Shown here: piece after piece, positions 45,965-49,998 of the stretch
Layout: each line of letters starts with the position of its first letter
Numbering within the stretch: the stretch's first letter is position 1
Source: a virus
Lineage: Duplodnaviria > Caudoviricetes
Direction: 5' to 3' (one strand)
DNA: 49,998 bases
IMG/VR virus record: IMGVR_UViG_3300025816_002083
Span: 1 to 49,998 of that record
Notes under the pieces: model-generated
Told to the model about the DNA's origin: nothing
The model's input: the letters and a program-made list of their open reading frames with translations, nothing else
Databases searched by the model: none
Translations under genes and position numbers: made by a program

Positions 45965-46876
45965 ATGAACTATAAAGAATCAGGAGTAGACATAGAAAAA
46001 ACAGATAATTTAGTCAAAGAAATCTCTGGTCTAGTAGATAATATTGGAGGTTTCGGAGGTTTATTTGACCTTGGTGATAGTTATCTTGTCGGCGCTACTG
46101 ATGGAGTAGGCACTAAAATACTTCTAGCTCAAGAATATAATATGCTAGACGGTATCGGTATAGATTGCGTTGCCATGTGTGTTAACGATATTATTTGTAC
46201 CGGCGCTAAACCATTATTTTTCCTAGATTACTTTGCCTCCTCTAATATAGAAGAAAAACAGTATTTAACAGTTTTAAATTCTATTAAAAAAGGCTGCGAA
46301 AAAGCAGGTATTCCTCTCATCGGGGGAGAAACAGCAGAATTACCTTCACTAGTAACTGATAATCATTTTGATGTGGCAGGTTTTTGTGTTGGGATAGTAA
46401 AGAAAAAAGATTTAATTGACGGTAAGAAAATTAAAAAAGGTGATGTGGTAGTTGCATTTCCAAGTAACGGGTTTCACAGTAATGGCTACTCTTTAGTTAG
46501 AAGCATTTTCGACAAGGAAAAGCATGAGAAATATATTGACAAAATCTTAAAACCCACAGAGATCTACGTAAAAGAAGTCTTAAATATATTAGATGCAGGG
46601 GTCAATGTCCATGGAATAGCTCATATTACTGGTGGAGGATTAAGTAATTTAGACCGCATTCTCCCTAAAGACTTAAAAGTTAAATGGAAAGATGATATTA
46701 CTAAACCTTTTGTGTTTGACTTATTTCAAAAAGATGGTAATATAACTGACGAAGAAATGGAAAAAGTCTTTAATAACGGTTTAGGTTTATGTATGGTTGT
46801 AGACCCTAAAGAAGTTAATAAAGTTTTCTTGCAGAAAATCAATAGACCCGCTATAATTGCTGGACATATAGAGTAA
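45965..46876 (+). CDS. purM: AIR synthase (phosphoribosylformylglycinamidine cyclo-ligase)
   Basis: YKESGVDI, GGFGGLF, TDGVGTK, GGETAE, SNGFHSNGYSLVR, AHITGGG. Confidence 0.96.
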   Translation: MNYKESGVDIEKTDNLVKEISGLVDNIGGFGGLFDLGDSYLVGATDGVGTKILLAQEYNMLDGIGIDCVAMCVNDIICTGAKPLFFLDYFASSNIEEKQYLTVLNSIKKGCEKAGIPLIGGETAELPSLVTDNHFDVAGFCVGIVKKKDLIDGKKIKKGDVVVAFPSNGFHSNGYSLVRSIFDKEKHEKYIDKILKPTEIYVKEVLNILDAGVNVHGIAHITGGGLSNLDRILPKDLKVKWKDDITKPFVFDLFQKDGNITDEEMEKVFNNGLGLCMVVDPKEVNKVFLQKINRPAIIAGHIE

Positions 46877-46880
46877 TATT

Positions 46881-47390
46881 ATGTTAGATTGCGAAACCCC
46901 TGTAGGGAAAAAGTTTATAAAACATCAGCATGATGTTGAGTTTTTGGTTGGAAAACATTATGATGTTACAGTCAAAACCAAGCATAGTAAAATTGAAAAA
47001 TATGATGCTGATATTTATGATGAGGATAATAAACTAGTAGGAGTTTGTGAAATAAAAACCAGACCTTATTGGAATCGTCAGGACAAAACCCCATTTACTT
47101 TAGACCTGTTGAAAAAGAACGGTTATTTAATAACAGCCGAGAAACTTGATATTCTAAAATCTAATAGCACAAGTAAAGGTGTGACATCTTACATATTTCT
47201 CAAGATACCTCATGAGAACAAGATAGCTGGCATTAAAGTCACAGATAACCAAGGTAATTTTTTAATTGATTTCAAGAGATCCGTTACTAAAACAAAATAC
47301 AGCTCTAACGATTATAAAGGTGACACACTTAGAGAAAACGCTTTTATCAAGTATAATAAAAAAACTTTTACGCATTTTAATTATAAATAA
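46881..47390 (+). CDS. Putative PD-(D/E)XK nuclease
   Basis: YDADIY...VCEIKTR. Confidence 0.6.
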   Translation: MLDCETPVGKKFIKHQHDVEFLVGKHYDVTVKTKHSKIEKYDADIYDEDNKLVGVCEIKTRPYWNRQDKTPFTLDLLKKNGYLITAEKLDILKSNSTSKGVTSYIFLKIPHENKIAGIKVTDNQGNFLIDFKRSVTKTKYSSNDYKGDTLRENAFIKYNKKTFTHFNYK

Positions 47391-47408
47391 TTCGTTTTAT
47401 AAAATAAT

Positions 47409-47597
47409 ATGACAAGTAAATCAGAAATCGCTCTAACTGCGGTTGTAGTAATAATTGCCGCTCTATTTGTTGCCAATCTTACAATTTTATTTAAGATTCA
47501 CGACGATCAACAAATAATTAAAGACAAGATAGAGAAATTAGGGAATTCTCAATATTTAAATGCATTTTTAAAATACGAAAGGGGTATTTATGAATAA
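47409..47597 (+). CDS. Small membrane-anchored protein
   Basis: N-terminal hydrophobic helix. Confidence 0.55.
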   Translation: MTSKSEIALTAVVVIIAALFVANLTILFKIHDDQQIIKDKIEKLGNSQYLNAFLKYERGIYE

Positions 47598-47886
47598 ATC
47601 TAAATCTCCAGTTTTAATGTCTCTAGGAGAGGTTCTTGGTGATTTTTTAGTAGGGGCAGTAGTTACAGCAGTCCTTTATTTTGCATTCCTAGTGGGAGGG
47701 CATTCTTCACCCCTTGGAGCTGCGTTTGGGTTAGGAGCTTGGGTATTCTGTATTTGGACGGGAGTGCATTGCATGTTGACTGATGGGGGAGCTATCGTAA
47801 TAGTGAGTCTATTATTAGGGTGTGTTGGTATAGCGGTAGGAATAGTATATTTAATTATTTGGTTCTTTATGGGCCTATTCGTATAA
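47590..47886 (+). CDS. Membrane protein
   Basis: Three hydrophobic segments. Confidence 0.6.
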   Translation: MNKSKSPVLMSLGEVLGDFLVGAVVTAVLYFAFLVGGHSSPLGAAFGLGAWVFCIWTGVHCMLTDGGAIVIVSLLLGCVGIAVGIVYLIIWFFMGLFV

Positions 47887-47893
47887 AAAAATT

Positions 47894-48118
47894 ATGGAAA
47901 CAAAAAAAGTATTATTATGGTGGTTCTTGTATAACCTATTTGGAACTTTAGCAGGAGCTGGTATCGGTTTAGTTGGAGGGTTCTTTGGTGGATTTTTCGC
48001 AGCTATATTAGGTTCACCTGCGGGTTTCGAAGGTTTATTAATGATCGCTATTATCATTGGTGCACTCATTGCTAATTTCTTTATCTTTAAGTGGACGGTA
48101 AGAAAAATTCTCGATTAA
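47894..48118 (+). CDS. Membrane protein with glycine-zipper pattern
   Basis: GTLAGAGIGLVGGFFGGFFAAILG (GxxxG repeats). Confidence 0.6.
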   Translation: METKKVLLWWFLYNLFGTLAGAGIGLVGGFFGGFFAAILGSPAGFEGLLMIAIIIGALIANFFIFKWTVRKILD

Positions 48119-48119
48119 A

Positions 48120-48140
48120 AAGTCACTCAAACGTAACAGA
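48120..48140 (+). promoter_or_regulatory. Candidate Pho box
   Basis: GTCAC (48122) and GTAAC (48133) half-sites at 11-bp periodicity upstream of phosphate genes. Confidence 0.45.
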
Positions 48141-48171
48141 ACTTTTTACTTATAACTTGTAATATGTTCAT

Positions 48172-49359
48172 GTGAGAATATTATCTCTATTACTAATGGC
48201 TTGGGCGTACTCTGCAGTAGCCCAAGAATCTCAAAACTGGAATATATTTAACAAAAACACTTTGTATAAGAGCGATAGCGGTTTCATCAGAGATGTTAAA
48301 TTAAAAGGTAGGTATCATGGTCAATACATCAGCCAAGATGAGGATATCGGTGGTGTCAAAGACAATGAATACGATGTTTACCACCATCGCCGTGCGCGAA
48401 TCCAAATGGACTTCGATTTCGATCATAATCTTTCCTTTGGTTTTGATGCAAACATTTCAGATGGTCATGGTTCCAGAACAGCTCTCAGCGATGAGGGTTC
48501 TTTCGTAAACAACTTCCAAACGTTCAACCTTCAATGGAAACCCAGCGATAAATATTATTTTATTATCGGTAAAGATAAGCAGGATATTACCCGTGAGGAC
48601 ATTCAATCGTCGAGATACATCAAAACGGTTGAACGTGCTCCTATCGTGAATGAAATCGGTCAACAACGTCCATGGGGAGCTCAGGTGGGATTCTTCACCA
48701 AAGGTATTGAGCACCGGCTTGGCGCTTGGGTTTATGGTGCCCATGAAGATGGTCCAGAGTGGGTTGACTTTCGCGCTAACAAAGGATTATCCTATAATCT
48801 CACCTATCCGGTAAAAGATGATCTCTCCCTCCACTTCGACTGGAACTATGTGAACAACGAAGGTGGCCTTGAACGTGCGCGAGGTGATGCTGCTGTAGGT
48901 ACTTTTGGGTCTGCTTATGAACACGCATTTGCTATGGGGTTTGATTACGAAAAAGGTCCATTTAAAGTTATTTCTGATGTCATCTACGGTGCCAATCGTG
49001 AAGGGGTTTCAGCGAGTAAGGGTTCAGCAGCTATTCCGGCTGGACATGATACATGGGGGTTTTATGTATTGCCTTCCTATAAAATTACCGACAAGCTCGA
49101 AGGTGTATTTCGCTACCAATACATGGACTCGGGACGAGAACAACGCACCCAGCGATATGGGCATGATGGTGATGGGGACAGAAATGCACGGCTCAATGTC
49201 CAGAACTATCACTCGGTTTACAGTGGATTTCAGTATTTCCTCAGTGGAGAGAACCTCAAGCTCATGGGGGGATATGAGTATGCTTGGGGCGAACTTTTGG
49301 GAAATGACACGGATATTAACACGGGAAGCTGGCAGCTTGCATTACGAACATTCTTTTAA
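48172..49359 (+). CDS. Outer-membrane porin, OprO/OprP phosphate-selective-like
   Basis: Signal peptide ending AVA; RRAR, SSRYIKTVERA; alternating aromatic beta strands; C-terminal Phe. Confidence 0.8.
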   Translation: MRILSLLLMAWAYSAVAQESQNWNIFNKNTLYKSDSGFIRDVKLKGRYHGQYISQDEDIGGVKDNEYDVYHHRRARIQMDFDFDHNLSFGFDANISDGHGSRTALSDEGSFVNNFQTFNLQWKPSDKYYFIIGKDKQDITREDIQSSRYIKTVERAPIVNEIGQQRPWGAQVGFFTKGIEHRLGAWVYGAHEDGPEWVDFRANKGLSYNLTYPVKDDLSLHFDWNYVNNEGGLERARGDAAVGTFGSAYEHAFAMGFDYEKGPFKVISDVIYGANREGVSASKGSAAIPAGHDTWGFYVLPSYKITDKLEGVFRYQYMDSGREQRTQRYGHDGDGDRNARLNVQNYHSVYSGFQYFLSGENLKLMGGYEYAWGELLGNDTDINTGSWQLALRTFF

Positions 49360-49371
49360 AGGAAAAATGTT

Positions 49372-49998
49372 ATGGAACTAATTACAATATGGATGGCGAT
49401 AGGTTTCTTTTTAGCAGCTTATTCAGTAATAGCTAATGATTCAGTACAGACACTCGGAACTTGGATAGCATCTAATAACGAGAAGTTTAAATGGACTACA
49501 ATGTGGGCTGGAGCTTCAATTGTTCTTTTGTTTACGTTGTGGTATGGTTGGACTGTAAACGGAGGAGATATTTCTTATGGAAGGTTAACTAAGATACCTT
49601 TTCAGGAGGTTCAGTGGTATCACGCTTTAGCTCCTGCGGTTTTGCTTTTATTGACTAGAGTAGGGGTTCCAGTTAGCACTTCTTTTTTAGTTTTATCAGC
49701 TTTTGCTTCTACTTTTGTATTGGAAAAGATGTTACTTAAATCAATCATGGGTTATGCTGTAGCAGCCGTTGTAGCATATAGCCTTTGGTTTGTAATATCT
49801 AAACTACTTGATGAGAGTAAGGATGTAGACGTAAAGCATGAAACCTTTTGGCGGGTAGCGCAATGGACTACCACAGGTTTTTTGTGGTATACATGGTTAG
49901 CTCATGATATGGCTAACATTGCCGTATTTTTGCCTAGATCTGTCCCTGCTGACTTGATGGTCGTCATATCCATTGTTTTTGTTGTAGGTTTGGCTTTA
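49372..49998 (+). CDS. PiT/PHO4-like inorganic phosphate transporter, partial
   Basis: Missing from track (runs off the window); MELITIWMAIGFFLAAYSVIANDSVQTLGT...GVPVSTS...LAHDMANIAV. Confidence 0.8.
   Translation, partial: MELITIWMAIGFFLAAYSVIANDSVQTLGTWIASNNEKFKWTTMWAGASIVLLFTLWYGWTVNGGDISYGRLTKIPFQEVQWYHALAPAVLLLLTRVGVPVSTSFLVLSAFASTFVLEKMLLKSIMGYAVAAVVAYSLWFVISKLLDESKDVDVKHETFWRVAQWTTTGFLWYTWLAHDMANIAVFLPRSVPADLMVVISIVFVVGLAL

Noticed and set aside
3717-49381. Short antisense or alternate-frame ORFs in the track (e.g. 3717-3968, 18015-18368, 31627-32079, 40344-40706, 48905-49381)
   Set aside because: Lie within or across well-supported genes and have no recognisable motifs
1-49998. Bacterial chromosome (LPS locus, purine genes) or alternative genetic code
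   Set aside because: Gene mix, split DnaE, phage-type sigma/RecA/thyX and dense hypotheticals point to a large phage; genes read intact with TAA, TAG and TGA all used as stops

Overview
AT-rich, gene-dense segment of a large tailed-phage genome (standard genetic code; host unknown). It contains nucleotide-metabolism genes (class II nrdJ, dUTPase, dNMP kinase, thyX, purT/purC/prs/purM), a sigma factor, and several glycan-synthesis blocks including gmd/fcl plus a GT11 fucosyltransferase. A replication module holds RecA-like, tubulin/FtsZ-like, DnaB, primase, PD-(D/E)XK nuclease, a split PHP/exonuclease/DnaE polymerase and SSB-like genes. There are also two tRNAs (Ile2-CAT, Arg-TCT) and a phosphate porin plus PiT transporter. 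The standout is 44264-45954: a 363-aa protein with an IS110/TasR-type DEDD RuvC motif set, flanked by seven stem-loop units (3 upstream, 4 downstream). Each unit has an invariant core carrying two 5-nt variable segments whose last bases are always complementary. This is a candidate TIGR-Tas/bridge-RNA-like RNA-guided system with unusually short guides. Other leads are a structured ncRNA at about 2710-2995, a sigma54 promoter with a likely enhancer palindrome on hsp20, leaderless promoters, a start-less GT2 domain (possible -1 frameshift) and a Pho-box candidate. All calls come from reading motifs by eye; no searches were run.
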